A DNA stretch of 64,000 bases from Chiloscyllium plagiosum (GCF_004010195.1 NC_057719.1:60961365-61025364); one strand, 5' to 3'. Counted from the first letter of the stretch, positions 1-12,314 are shown. The notes: generated by a model from the letters alone, not told the origin. Program-made: numbers and translations.

Positions 1-445
1 GAGCTGTAAGTTTTTGTTGCAAACGTTTCGTCCCCTGGCTAGGCGACATCATCAGTGCTTGGGAGCCTCCTGCGAAGTGCTTCTTTGATGTTTCCTCCGG
101 TGTTTATAGTGGTCTGTCCCTGCCGCTTCCGGTTGTCAGTTTCAGCTGTCCGCTGTAGTGGTTGGTATATTGGGTCCAGGTCGACGTCTTCTTTTTGCAG
201 TTGTGTACTGCAGTGTGTTGTGGCCCTTTTGAATAGTGTCCTGATGCAGCTTTGTTTGTGTGTGTTGGGGTGGTTACTTTCATAGTTTAGGACTTGGTCT
301 GTGTGTGTTGCTTTCCTGTATACCCTTGTAGTGAATTCTCCGTTCGGTGTTCTCTGTACCATCACGTCTAGGAATGGGAGTTGGCTATCCTTTTCTTCTT
401 CTCTCGTGAATCGGATTCCTGTGAGTGTGGCGTTGATGATCCGGT
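1..445 (-). mobile_element. Penelope-like element (family A), RT thumb fragment fused by internal deletion to the 3' end; probably continues off the left edge
   Basis: Minus frame reads IRFTREEEKDSQLPFLDVMVQRTPNGEFTTRVYRKATHTDQVLNYESNHP (PLE RT C-terminus/thumb), then jumps to DLDPIYQPLQ and the 3' UTR. Confidence 0.85.
19..58 (-). ncRNA. Minimal hammerhead ribozyme motif (PLE family A)
   Basis: Minus strand reads GCA-CUGAUGA-U-GUCGCCU-AGCC-AGGGGAC-GAAA-CGUU-UGC: both core boxes, stem II, and stem I GCA/UGC. Confidence 0.7.
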
Positions 446-459
446 GTGTTTTTTTTTTA

Positions 460-793
460 CAACACTACTATCATAGGGCAAGCCAGACAGAGAACAGCCA
501 GGGAATTCCTAGAGGCATGGCATTCATCCACAAACTCCATCAACAAACACATCGACCTGGACCCAATATACCAACCACTACAGCGGACAGCTGAAACTGA
601 CAACCGGAAGTGGCAGGGACAGACCACTATAAACACCGGAGGAAACATCAAAGAAGCGCTTCGCAGGAGGCTCCCAAGCACTGATGATGTCGCCTAGCCA
701 GGGAACGAAACGTTTGCAAGAAAAACTTCCAGCTCGGCGAACAGAACCACAACAACGAGCACCCAAGCTACAAATCTTCGCACAAACGTTGAA
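460..793 (+). mobile_element. Penelope-like element (family A) 3' fragment, inverted relative to 1-445
   Basis: NTTIIGQARQRTAREFLEAWHSSTNSINKHIDLDPIYQ (GIY-YIG C-terminal part); 552-719 is the near-perfect reverse complement of 17-184. Confidence 0.85.
678..717 (+). ncRNA. Minimal hammerhead ribozyme motif (PLE family A)
   Basis: GCA-CTGATGA(681-687)-T-GTCGCCT-AGCC-AGGGAAC-GAAA(707-710)-CGTT-TGC; one more stem II mismatch than the minus-strand copy. Confidence 0.65.
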
Positions 794-1960
794 TGTCTGT
801 GAATATTCCCGCCAGCTGATTTGCACAGGATCTGAATTCAAGGCTAGGGACTCCATCCGGGCCAGTCGTTTTCTGTGGGTTCACTCTCAAGAAGGTTGAT
901 CTAATGTCTGTGGCGGTGACTGTGGGGACAGGTGCATCCAAGGCTGTTGGTATAGATGACATTGTTTCACTGACTTTCTGTTCAAAGCAAGTTCAAAATG
1001 CATTAAGTTTATTGCATACTGTTGCCTGTAATTCTATTCAACTTTGCTTTGTAGCACAGTATGTCATGTCAGCCTTGCCACAAACAACAGGTATCTGTAT
1101 ACTTGGTCTGGATCTCAAGCATAGTCTGGTATTTTCTCTCGGTGTCTCTGATGGCCTTAAGAAGTCATACCAGGATTTCCTGTAAGGGTCAGGTTTGCCC
1201 AAATTGAACGCCTTAGACCTGGACATCAATAGGGAGTGGATCTCCTGCTTCATCTGAAACATTTGAACATTTGTCAAAAAAAAACTTCCACATGCTTACC
1301 AATGAAGTCTGTAAGGATAGTGGCATATTCATTTAGATTGGCTGCTGAGTTCTTGAATATGGACCAGTCAACCAACTCTATGCAGTCGTGAAGAAGTCCT
1401 TCCCATGCCACAGATCAAGGCTGCACTACTTTCTGTATTGCTACCTCATGCTTCAACATTTGCTTGTAAGCCAGGAGGAGGAGCACAGCATTGTGATCTG
1501 ATTTTCCAAAATGTTGAAGGGAGATGGAGCAATAGGGATCTTTGATGATTGTACAGAAATGGTCAAGGATGTTCAGACCTCTGGTATGACAGAAGATGTG
1601 TTGATGGCATTTTGGTAGCACATTCTTGAGGTTGGTCTGGTCGAAGTCACTGGCTATGATGAACAAGGCCTTGGGGTATTCCATCTCAAGACTGCTTGTA
1701 GCATTGTATACTGCATCAAGTGCACTCTTCACTTCTACATTGGGTGGGGTGTAGACCACTATCAGAATAGCTGAAGTGACATCACACAGTAGAAAATAGG
1801 GATGGCACTTTACTGTAAGACTTTCTAGGTGTGGGGAGCAATAACTTGCCAGGGTCACCACATCTGAGCACCAGAACATGTTGATTAGAAGCAAACCCTA
1901 CTACCCCTTGACTTGCTTGAGGACGCAGATTGCTTCATTCTGTGAACTGAGAAACCCTCA
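790..1960 (-). mobile_element. Rex1/Babar-type LINE relic (endonuclease to start of RT)
   Basis: ORF 1415-1894 (WCSDVVTLASYCSPHLESLTVKCHP..VVYTPP..FIIASDFDQTNL..LDHFCT..FGKSDHNAVLLL) and DIRSTFLRVNPQKTTGPDGVP..CANQLAGIFTDI. Confidence 0.8.
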
Positions 1961-1964
1961 GGTG

Positions 1965-2505
1965 GGAGTAGTGAAGAGGACAGTGATGAAGAGCAAACCC
2001 ATCGTAGGGTTATGATATGTTTAAACATGTCCAAGCATTGCCAAAATTTGACAAGATGGACGTAAACACCTTTTTCATTTCATTTGAGAAAGTGGCCATA
2101 CAAATTGAATGGCTAATGACCGTGTGGGTATTGTTGATTCAAACAAAGTTGGTAAGTACAGCTTGTGAGGTATTTGTTCGCTATAAGAGGAGTCATCTGG
2201 GGAGTATGGCGAGGTGAAAGAAACCACCTTGAGTGCATATGAACTAGTACCAGAAGCATACAGACAATGTTTTAGGAATCTAAGCAGGATCAAACCTGGT
2301 CAAACTTTTGTAGAATTTGAAAGGATCAAAAAAAATAACATTGATAGGGACATTGGAAATAGATCAAACATATGACCCTCTTAGAGAGACTACTGCACTG
2401 GAGAAATTCAAAAATTCACTTCCTGAAGTAAAAACTTCAGAAGTTGGAACTGAAAAGTGAAAGTCGATTTAAAATGAAGGAGTTTTAAATTCACTTCCTA
2501 AAGTA
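1965..2505 (+). mobile_element. Gypsy (Gmr1-like) gag relic, capsid/SCAN-like region, part 1
   Basis: LPKFDKMDVNTFFISFEKVA..W..WVLLIQTKL..LSAYELVPEAYRQCFRNL..PGQTFVEFERIK..LEKFKNSLPEV, frameshifted. Confidence 0.75.
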
Positions 2506-2675
2506 AAGAATAAAGAATAATACAGCACAGGAACAGGCACCTCCACCTCCAAGTGGCACATTTTGCCCTTCCATACTAAAACTATCTTCAATTATAGGAT
2601 CCAGATCCCTCTATTCCCTTCCTGTTCCGATATTCGTCCTGGTGCCTCGTGAATGCTACTGTTGTGTCTGCTCCT
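2506..2675 (-). mobile_element. CR1-type LINE 3' end fragment
   Basis: Short tandem tail aagaataaagaataa followed by tacagcacaggaacaggc, resembling the other CR1 3' ends in the window. Confidence 0.55.
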
Positions 2676-2679
2676 TGGT

Positions 2680-3054
2680 TTGCACCATTCTCCCCACCAA
2701 CCCCTCCCCCCAAGTACCTCCCCCTGCAACCCGAAAAGATGCAAAACCAGCTGGTACACCATCCCGCTCACCTCTATCCAGGGCCCCAAACAGTACTTCT
2801 AGGTGAGACAGAAATTTACCTGCCCCTCTTCCAACTTAGTTTACTGCATCAGGTGCTCCCAATGTGGTCTTCTCTACATTGGGGAATCCAAACGTAAACT
2901 GAGGAAACGTCTCACCGAGCATGTCAGCTTGGCCCACAGGGGTTGACCTAACCTCCCAGTGACCGCCCATTGTAATTCCCTTTCTGATATGACCAACCTT
3001 GACCTCCTCCATTGCGACAACGAACCAAACCCCAAATTGAAGGAACAACACCTC
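2680..3054 (+). mobile_element. Penelope-like (Neptune-type) GIY-YIG endonuclease fragment
   Basis: PCNPKRCKT..IQGPKQYF*VRQKFTCPSSNLVYCIRCSQCGLLYIGESKRKLRKRLTEH. Confidence 0.8.
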
Positions 3055-3659
3055 ATAGAGTCATAAAGATGTACAGCACGGAAACAGACCCTTCGGTCCA
3101 ACCCGTCCATGCCGACCAGTTATCCCAACCCAATCTAGTCCCACCTGCCAGCACCTCCAAACCCTTCCTATTCATATACCCATCCAAATGCCTCTTAAAT
3201 GTTGCAATTTTACCAGCTTCCACCACTTCCTCTGGCAGCTCATTTCATAAACATACCACCCTCTGAGCGAAAATGTTGCCCCTTAAGTCTCTTTTATATC
3301 TTTCCCCTCTCACCCTAAACCTATGCCCTCTAGTTCTGGACTCCCCGGCCCCAGGGAAAAGACTTTGCCTATTTACCCTATCCATGCCCCTCATAAGTTT
3401 GTAAACCTCTATAAGGACACCCCTTAACCTCTGATGCTCCAGCATTGTGATTTCACCTTTCCTATTCCTGAGTTCTAAATATATTGCCTCGCTGAACAAG
3501 TTCTCTGATGTATTCTCCCTCTGTACAGCTATGAGATAATCCTTTACCATAATGCAACTTACATCCCCTTCTATCACACCTGAAACATCTAAATCCTGGG
3601 ACATTCAACTGCCAGCCCTGTCCCTCTTTCAGCCAAGTCTCCATAATCACAACAATGTC
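3055..3659 (-). mobile_element. HER1/CR1 LINE with large internal deletion (endonuclease piece joined to 3' end)
   Basis: IMETWLKEGQGWQLNVPGFRCFRCDR and LELRNRKGEITM joined at about 3444 to LEHQRLRGVLIEVYKLMRG and the HER1 3' UTR. Confidence 0.85.
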
Positions 3660-4630
3660 AAGTAGTGAGAACTCAAATGGAAGAGCAAAGAGTTATGACT
3701 GCAAGATTAGGTTCAGTTTAAGAATGGAAGGGTAAAATGTGTCGTCACAGACTTGAAAGACTGAAGGACCCGCTCCTGTGCTGTCATGTTCTTTGTTCTT
3801 AACAGCTGAAATGGGAGATGATTATGCGTTTGGCTTCTGACATCAATTTCAATCTGTGAGGGATAGAAATTGAGGAAAAGTGAAATCCTCAGGTGGTAAG
3901 GGAAAAGGAGATCTCATTGAAGATGGTAAAGCTGGTTTACCACAGGTCAAAAAAGGAAACCTAAAAGGGGGGGATGAGAAGTAAAAAAAAGCTCAGGTGT
4001 TTTCTCTGTGTAATATAGTAGGACACGTGAAGTTGCAATGTTGGTGGTTTATGAAAAGCACTGGGAAGACGGATGTGGTGAAAGGATAATCCAATGGGTT
4101 TTGTTAAGTTGGCAGAGTAAAGCACAGTTGAAGCAAAAGAGCTGAGAAAGAATACACAGCCTGGTCAGAGGTTGGTTGAGAAGAAAGTGCCAGATCTCTT
4201 CAAAAAATTCACTTATGTGGGTAAGGTTTATTCGTGTGTGCCAGGGAATTAGGTAAAGAAATTAAGATTTTAAGAGATATGGGAGCAAGTCAATCTTTGT
4301 TGGTGAAACACGTAATTTAGAAGGAGTATTGCTAAAAAGGTGGAATATGTGGAACATGGTGAGAAGAGAAGAGTTCCATTTCTCAATTCAGGTTGGAGAC
4401 TCTGGTGAAAAGTGAAGTGTTGATAGGAATAGTGGAGAAATTCTCCATCCCGGACATTCAGTTTATCCTCGGTAGTGATATAGCAGGATCACAGGTGGGA
4501 GCAATGCCCACTGTGATTGAAAAGCCAGTGCAACTATCAGATAAATGAATATTCCAGGAACTATATCTGGGATTATTCCTGATGTGAGGTAACAAGGTCA
4601 TAAAGTCACAGGTTGAAACAGGAGTCCTGG
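3660..4630 (+). mobile_element. Gypsy gag-protease relic, part 2 (continuation of 1965-2505)
   Basis: VVRTQMEEQRVMTARL resumes the gag; zinc knuckle CFLCNIVGHVKLQC near 3995-4045; protease-like IKILRDMGASQSL near 4260. Confidence 0.7.
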
Positions 4631-6489
4631 CAATGGTTTCACTCCAGTACAAGAGAACTTGCCGGGTTCTGATTAGCTGAAGCTCTGGAGTTGGAATATT
4701 TGCTCAGCACTAGGAAGCTTGATGACAAGAAATAAGTGCCTAAATAAATTAATCCATCTGGTCAACTGAAAACAGTTGTAATGGTCATGCCATCAATCTT
4801 CCAGCCCAACAGGATCCAAGGATAATCATTAAGATCCACCTAACATTTCAAGTCAATGACCTGATGAAATGTTAACCCTGTCTATTCACACGTTGCCACA
4901 TTTGCTGAATACTTCTTGCATCTTTGGCTATTACCCCTGATTCCCAGTATCCCTTGAATTTCCATCTTAATTGCTTTGTGCCACTGTTCAGAATTCTTGT
5001 AAAATAATCAGAGGGACAACCGAATATTTCATGCAGAGTAACAACAGGACTTATGAAACAAGTCATCTGCATCTTTCCAGCATGTCTCTAAGATGCTTCA
5101 CACATAAAGTTAGAAGCAACCTGAGAGCTAACTCCTTGCGCATATTATGCAGACTTCTGTACAGGCAATCTGGGTGTTTGCTGCCATTTGGAAATAGTGT
5201 TGCATCATCACTTTCCTGGAAGCCATACCCATTTATTATCATTCACTTAGAGATATCCTCTTTGCTCGCTGGGCCTAGATTTATTACTCATCCCTAGTTG
5301 GCCTTGAAAAGGTGGTGGTGAACTGCTGTCTTAAAATACAGGAAGGCAATGGCCAAGTGGTATTCTCACTAGTTTGTTAATCCAGGTACTCAACAGATGT
5401 TCTGGGGATGCAGGTTCAAATCCTGCCACATCTTTTGGTGGAATTTGAATTCAGTTGGAAATAAGAATCTGCTAATGACCATGAAAGCATTGCTGATTTT
5501 CAAAAACAAAACATCTGGTTCACTTATGTCCTTGAGAAAAAGAAAGTTGATATCCTCACCTAGTCTGGCCTACACATGTGACTTCAACACCCACAAAAAT
5601 GTGGTTGACTCTCAACTGCCCTCTGAATTGGCCAAGCAAGCCATTTAGTTTTATCAAATGCGACAAAGTTTCAAAGAAATGAAACCAGATGGATCACATG
5701 GTACTTGGGCACTAGAAAAGACAATGGCAAGAACAGTCGACACTGCAAAGTCCTCCTTACTAACATCATTGGGGGGGTTCATTCCAAAATTGGAGGACAG
5801 ATTAATCAAGCAATAGCCTGACATAGTCATACTCACAGAATCATACCTCACAATGTCAAAGACACCACCATCACTATCCCTGGATATGGTGGCAAAGGTG
5901 ACAACACGGTGGAATACAGTCAGGACTGAGTTGCCCTGGGAGTCCTCAACATTGACTATGGACCCGATGAAGTTTCACGGCTTCAGGTTAAAAATGGTAC
6001 TCCTCCATGATAAGCAAAATGTATTCTGGTGGTGGATTTCAATGTCCACCACCAACAGTGACTCAGCAAAAGTACAACTGTTTAAGTTGGTCGGGTTGTG
6101 AATGACATAGCGGCTAGGCTGCACCTGCGGCAGATTATGAGGGAACCAACAAGAGGGAAAAACATACGACCTCATCCTTAACAATCTGCCACCTGCAGAT
6201 GCATCTGTCTATTACAGGTAAGAGTGAGCACTACACAGTCCGTTTGGAGATGAAATCCCACCATCATGTTGAGACTAATCTCCATTGTGTTGTGTGGCAT
6301 TATCATCATGCTAAATGGGACAGATTTCAAACAGATCTAGCAACTCAAGAGTGAGCATCCATGAAGTGTTATGAGCCAGCAGCAGCAGAATTGTATTCCA
6401 GTACAACCTGTACCTTCCCCCACTCAACCATTTCCATCAAGCCGGAGGATCAATCCTGGTTCAACGGAGAGTGCAGGAGAGCTCTGTAG

Positions 6490-7147
6490 TGTTATGGAAT
6501 AGGCCAGACCACTCAAAACATTCTTAAGCAGGCAGCCCAGACCATAACTTTGCAATTTCTTTCAGTAAGTGTACAGTGAAAATTTCCCAGAGTAAGTTAG
6601 CTGGGTTGACTACTAGATTTTAAATCAGACAAAAATCTATTCACAAAATTACACAATGAAACTCAACGAACAGAATAAAGAACCCCTACAGAACCCAGCC
6701 TATCCAACTAGACCTAATAGTGCTGTTCTGAATATACACAACAGTCCCAATAAGCAAACTCCTTTTAAAAACCATTATAAATGGAACTCATGCTTACAGA
6801 TTGAAGTTGAAGGGGTTGGTGGGGGGGGGGGGCGGTGGGGTGATGGGGAGAGACAGAGTTTCCACACTGCTCATCGTTGAACTCCTCACCAGTTCAATAC
6901 TGAACTAAACTGCTCAGCTAGAGAGTTACCCACTCCCCTTTCATTATACAGGTCACTCTAAAACATGACCACTTTGGATCTGATTATATATGAACAAAAG
7001 GCCTCTCAAAATCCTTTTCATCTCTGTACCAAACCAGACTGATTGGCGCCCAGCCTGGTTTATTACCCCTCTGAAAAAATCAAGGACAGAGTAGCTTAGA
7101 GCCAAGGAACAGCTTTTAGGAAAAAAAAGGGGACTAGCTTTGTGACA
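6490..7147. mobile_element. Solo LTR inserted in the LINE
   Basis: TGTTAT...GTGACA termini; 4-bp TSD GTAG at 6486-6489 and 7148-7151; no coding content. Confidence 0.75.
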
Positions 7148-7344
7148 GTAGCCCTCATATATCCAGTCATAAATGGTGATGAACAATTCGGCAACTTACT
7201 AGAGGAGGAGGCTCCACAAATATCCCCAGCTCCAATGATGGAAACACCCAACACATCAGTGCAAAGGGTAAGATCTAACCTTTCATGTCAATCTTCAGCC
7301 AGAAGTACTGAATGGATGATCTGTCTTAGCCTCCTCCAGTGCTT

Positions 7345-7576
7345 AAAATGTGTTGCTGGAAAAGCGCAACAGGTCAGGCAGCATCCAAGGAGCAGGAGAA
7401 TCAATGTTTCGGGCATGAGCCCTTCTTCAGGAATGAGGAAAATGACTTTCCTCAGTCCTGAAGAAGGGGTCATGCCTGAAACGTTGATTCTCCTGCTCCT
7501 TGGATGCTGCCTGACCTGTTGCGTTTTTTCAGCAACACATTTTCAGCTCTGATCTCCAGCATCTGCAGTCCTCACT
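7345..7576. mobile_element. Fold-back PLE 3'-end element (family B) with a hammerhead motif on each strand
   Basis: Inverted arms; 13-bp TSD TCCTCCAGTGCTT (7332-7344, 7577-7589); motifs at about 7399-7434 (-) and 7454-7489 (+), partly decayed; same sequence as the 3' end of the PLE at 14497-16799. Confidence 0.85.
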
Positions 7577-9169
7577 TCCTCCAGTGCTTCCCAGCATTAC
7601 ATATACCAGTCTTCAGCCAATTCAATTGACTCTACATGATATCAAGAAGTGGTTGGAGACACTGGATACTATAGAGCCCTAACAATATTACAGCAACTGT
7701 ACTGAAGACTTATGCTCCAGAACTTGCCGCTCACCTAGCCAAGCTGTTCCAGTACAGCTGCAACACTGGCATCTACCTGACAATGTGGAAAATAGTTTAG
7801 GTCTGTAAAAATAGTTTCGGTCTAACATACAAAGCAGGACAAATCCAACTGGCCAATCACCACCCCATCAGTCCATTTTCAATTCTCAGTATGTGATGGA
7901 AGGTGTCATCAACAGTGTTATCAAGTTCAAGTATAATCTGCTCAGTAACACCCAGTTTGGCTTCGAAAAGGCCACTCAGCTCCTGACTTCATTACAGCTT
8001 TGTTTCAAACACAGTCAAAAGAGCGAGAGTGACAGCCCTTGGCATTTCGGTTTCATTTGACCGAGTGTGGATTCAAGGAGCCCTTGCAAAACTGGAATCA
8101 GTGGGTATCAGGAGCAAGCTCTCCACTGATTGGAGTCATACCTGACACATGGGAAGATGATCAAGGTTGTTGGAAGTCAGTCATCTCAGCATTGGAACAT
8201 CTCAAAGTAGTGTCCTAGACCCAGTCATCTTCAGCTGCTTTATCAATGACCATTTCTCCCTCATAAAGCCAGAAGTTTACAAATGATTGCAAAATGTTCA
8301 GCACCATTCGTAACGCTCAGATACTGAAGCAGTCCCTGTTTAAATGCAACAAGATCTGGACAATATTCAGGCTTGGGGTGACATGGCAAGTAACATGCAT
8401 GGAACACAAATGCCAGGCTATGATCATCACCTGTAAGAGACAATCTAAACACTGCCCCTTGACATTCAATGGGATTACCATCACTGAATTCCCCACGATC
8501 GATATGCTGGCATTTACCATTGACCAGAAACTCAACTGGACTTGCCACGTAAACACTGGCTACAAGAGCAGGTCAGAGGCTAGAGTAACTCACCACATGA
8601 CTTCCCAAAGCCTGTCCACAAGGTGTGTTGGAATATTCATCACTTGCCTGGATGCATGCAGCTCCAACAGCACATGAAGTTTGACACCACCCAAGACAAA
8701 GTAACACACTTGATTGGCATTACATCCACAAGCATCCAATTCCTCCACAATTGATGCTTAGTAGCAGCAGTGTGTACTATCTACAAGATGCACTGCAGAA
8801 ATTCACCACAGATTCTCAGAGAGCACCTTCCAAACTCATGACCACTTCCATCTAAAAGAACAAGGGCAGCAGATATCTGTGAACACTACCGCCTTCAAGG
8901 TCCCCTCCAAGCCAGTCACCATCCTAACTTGGAAATACATTGCTGTTCCTTCATTGTCACTGGGTCAAAATCCTGGAATTCCCTCCCTAATAGCACTGTT
9001 GGTTATTCCACAGCAGGTGGACTGGAGTGATTCAAGGCAGTTCACTACCACCTTCTCAAGAGCAACTAGAGATGTGCAATAAATGCTGGTCAGCCAGCAA
9101 TGCTCTCATTCCACAAAGAAATGAACAAAAAACGCTGCAGAAAATCTGGTGTAACTACACCTACAATTG

Positions 9170-10235
9170 TGTTCGGGAAGGGGTTCCAGGACTGGACTCA
9201 ACAACAAATCAGAATATTGAGTGTTTGAGGAGAATCAACAGCTGGTGGTGTATGTTATGATATGTTTGATATATATGTATGTCTGAACATGTTACCATGT
9301 ATCAGCTACCCTTCACTTTCGAGATGGTACTGGTCGTGGATTTAGAAAGCTCTATCTAAGAAGCATTGGTGAGTTACTGTAATTTGTCTTGCAGTTGTCA
9401 CACACATTGAACATTAGTAGTGAATGTTTGTAGCTGTGCTGTCAATTAAGCAGACTGCTTTGTCCAGGATGGTATCATGTTTCTTAGTCTTCTTAGAGTT
9501 GCATTCATCCAGGCAAGTAGGCAATATTCTATCACATTCCTAACTCATGCCTTGGAGATGGTGAACATGCTTTGGCGTGATCAGCAGGAAAGTTACTCAC
9601 TGAAGAATTCCTAGTCTGTGTCCTGCTTTTGTAGCCACAATATTTAAATGACAATTTCGGTCCAGTTTCTAGTTAAACATAACGTCCAAGATGTTGGTAG
9701 TGGGAAATTTGGTGATGGTAATATTGCTGAATGTTGAGGCATGATGGTCGGATACTCTCTCGTTACAGTTGGTCATTAGTCAGCACTTGTTTGGTGCAAA
9801 TATTACTTGCTACTCATCAACCAAAACCCAGATATCATTCATACTGCATTTGGATTTTTTTTCTCAATATTGTGCTGAAGGTTGTTCACTAATGATTGCA
9901 CATCCTCTTTGATCAAGGGAAAGTCATTGATGCAGCAACTGAAGATTGTTAGCCCTCGGCCATCATCCTGAGGAACTCCTGCAGAAATGTCCTGGAGCTG
10001 AAATGACTGACCTGCAGCAATCACAGCCATCTTCCTTCATGCCAGGAATAACGCCAACTAGCAGACAGTTTGCCTACTGATTTCCATTTACTCCAGCTTG
10101 ATGCCTTCTCAGTCATATGCTAACTTGATGTCAAAGGCAATCAATCTCACCTCATCTCTGGAGTGCAGCTCTTTTAGCCACGCATAGAACAATGAGATCA
10201 AGACTCATATGATCCTGGTCAAACCGAAACTAATC
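9170..10235 (-). mobile_element. Second, older fragment of the same CR1/L2-group LINE family
   Basis: MAVIAAGQSFQLQDISAGVPQD..LTIFSCCINDFP matches the RT region near 8150-8260. Confidence 0.65.
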
Positions 10236-10299
10236 ATTTTCAAAAGGGATGGGTTCAAGGAACGTGATGACATCAGGCCCCTCCACTTCCTCCATCTGC

Positions 10300-11160
10300 A
10301 ATGAAGTTGCAGCGTGGTCATTAAGATCCTTCTTTTCAAACCCATCTTTTCTACTGCACTATGCTGTGTTGGGTCAGCAGACCACTACCATTCAGGAATG
10401 CTTTGCTGGCACATATGAAAAGACTCAACCAAATATCCAGCTACCTGAATTACATCTTCAACAACACAATGGCTCAATTGTTGACTGCTTACATGGTCAT
10501 ATTGCTCTGCTTATACCTTTCCTGTTGTAGGGTTGTTTAGTTATGTGAGTTTTCATGGGTGACGGTAGACTCATCCTTAGAAGGTAGCCATATCCCCAAC
10601 TAACCAATCAGTGACTCTGTAAAAAAAGGTGTAATCATGTGTGGAAGACGTGACTGGTGCAGATAGTGACATCTTGGATGTTCTAGCAAATTTTTAACAG
10701 ATTTGCATGAACAGCTATCAGTGGTTACATACCAGCTGAATATTCATCCAGTAGAATTTGTTTGATTGGGGAATGCTATTGGATGATCTAAGGATCCTAG
10801 TAGCCATAAGAGTGTGTTCTGTGACTCCTTGGGTCTGTAAGAACCTAGCCAATGTTCCAGTTTTGATGGTCCTTATCAGGTGAGAGCTCTGGTATGAGTC
10901 TCCTGGATATGCAGTCATGATCTTGATTGGTAAAATCTGTGTCGCCAACAGATCTCTGGAAAGAACAATATGTGAAGAAATTCAAGACACTGGTATTCCG
11001 AACATCCACTGGCAATGCATTGCCACTTGGTAGAAGTTCTTAATCCAGACAGAAACAGCTGGCAGCAATGACATATTGAGAAAGTCAATACCATTACTCA
11101 ACGATGTTAGAAAACCCATCTTCCATCTGCATATCCTCGGTTGGGAATTTAGCCTCCTTT
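10300..11160 (-). mobile_element. PIF/Harbinger transposase relic
   Basis: Decayed motifs in the expected order: LARFLQTQGVTEHTLMA (cf. AGFPxVQGxIDCTH), NKFYWMNIQLVCNH (cf. NRKGFHSxNVQLVCD), DWLVGD (cf. GWLLGD). Confidence 0.6.
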
Positions 11161-12314
11161 GAAATAAAACTGTGTTTCTTTCCTCTAACATGTGCAGCAA
11201 CCGGTGGCTGAGAGAGAAAAAATGCACCTGTCAGCCTATTGGTGCAGTTGCTCCTCTTGTTTGTTATTTGAAGTCCAAAGTAGAATTGCATAAGTGCTCC
11301 CATATTACAGAGAAGACAGACAGCTGGAAAGTGCAGATCAAAGTCAAATTGCCTAAAATTTCTTGGTAACCAGGTCCAAATCAGTGAGGACACTCTCACA
11401 AAACATGCCTTTCACTTATTTAAAACATTTCCGATTTACAGTTTCACAGTCCTGTCAATCCCTCCTGTGCACAGAGTATAACTTTACTTTAACTCTAAGA
11501 ATAACTACTGATGATGTGCAAAAAGAGCTGAGCCATTGTGACAATTGAGATCACATGGCGAGCCTGACTCCACCAGGATATCCTTTCTTAACCATGCCTT
11601 GCAATTAGTTATGGCTAATAAATTCTGTTTACATCCATTTGTAGAAATGTAGACATCACATTACTATCTGATAGTAGTACTGGAATTCTGAGTAGCACGT
11701 CAGCACGGTGATCGTCATGTATGAAATGTCAGACAGGCTGCACAAAGAGCTTAGAGTGAACTTTGACCACAGGTAAGAATTCAACTCAGCCATTTTTACA
11801 GAGTGGCAAGTGCCAATAGTGTTAATATGTCACAGATACAGCAATAGCATTAAATATCGAACTCAGAACATGGTTATTTATGATTGGATGTGAAGGGGCA
11901 GAGTGAACACTTCATTGAGGATGTGACAGACCCACTGCAAGATTTTGATTCCTCTGATTGCTCAAGCCTGCAAGACAAATGCTCGTAAGCATATATCACA
12001 TATGGAGTGGCAGTATCAATTCATTCAGTGACAATGCCGTGATTCAGAAAAAAAACTTTAGAGGACAGGATGTACTGAAAACAGTGAAAGGAAAAAATTA
12101 TACTACACTTTACAGCAATGTAAGAGAGATCACTGAGACTTCGAATGTCATTCCTAAGCAAAGCACTTCTTCATTAAGTGTAGCTCTACGTATAGCCTTA
12201 AATATTCGACTGTTAGCAGACACCAGAAACACTGAAGTCCAATGAAATAGGGGTCACTCTCTGTTCGACGCCCATTCCTAGGATAGGGAAAAGGCAAACA
12301 GGTGCCCTTTTGTA

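Larger units (their letters stand above)
5341..9130 (+). mobile_element. Old compact CR1/L2-group LINE with tRNA-like 5' head, no visible ORF1, decayed EN-RT
   Basis: A box TGGCCAAGTGG 5350-5360 and B box GGTTCAAATCC 5413-5423; EN motifs from about 5745 (KVLLTNI..QPDIVILTESYL); RT motifs NTGIYLTMWK and WQVTCMEHKCQAMII..TIDQKLNWTCHVN; 3' tail caataaatgctggtcagccagc. Confidence 0.75.

Noticed and set aside
4850..4925. CTGATGA motif near a PLE-like tail (similar tail at about 14180-14250)
   Set aside because: No stem II and GAAA arrangement; too decayed to call a ribozyme
7345..7576. Palindromes as DNA-transposon MITEs or pre-miRNAs
   Set aside because: Asymmetric tail, 9-13 bp variable TSDs and identity to a PLE 3' end point to retroelement origin
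11645..11780. Strong plus-strand donor CAG|GTAAGA
   Set aside because: All frames from the best upstream acceptor contain stops
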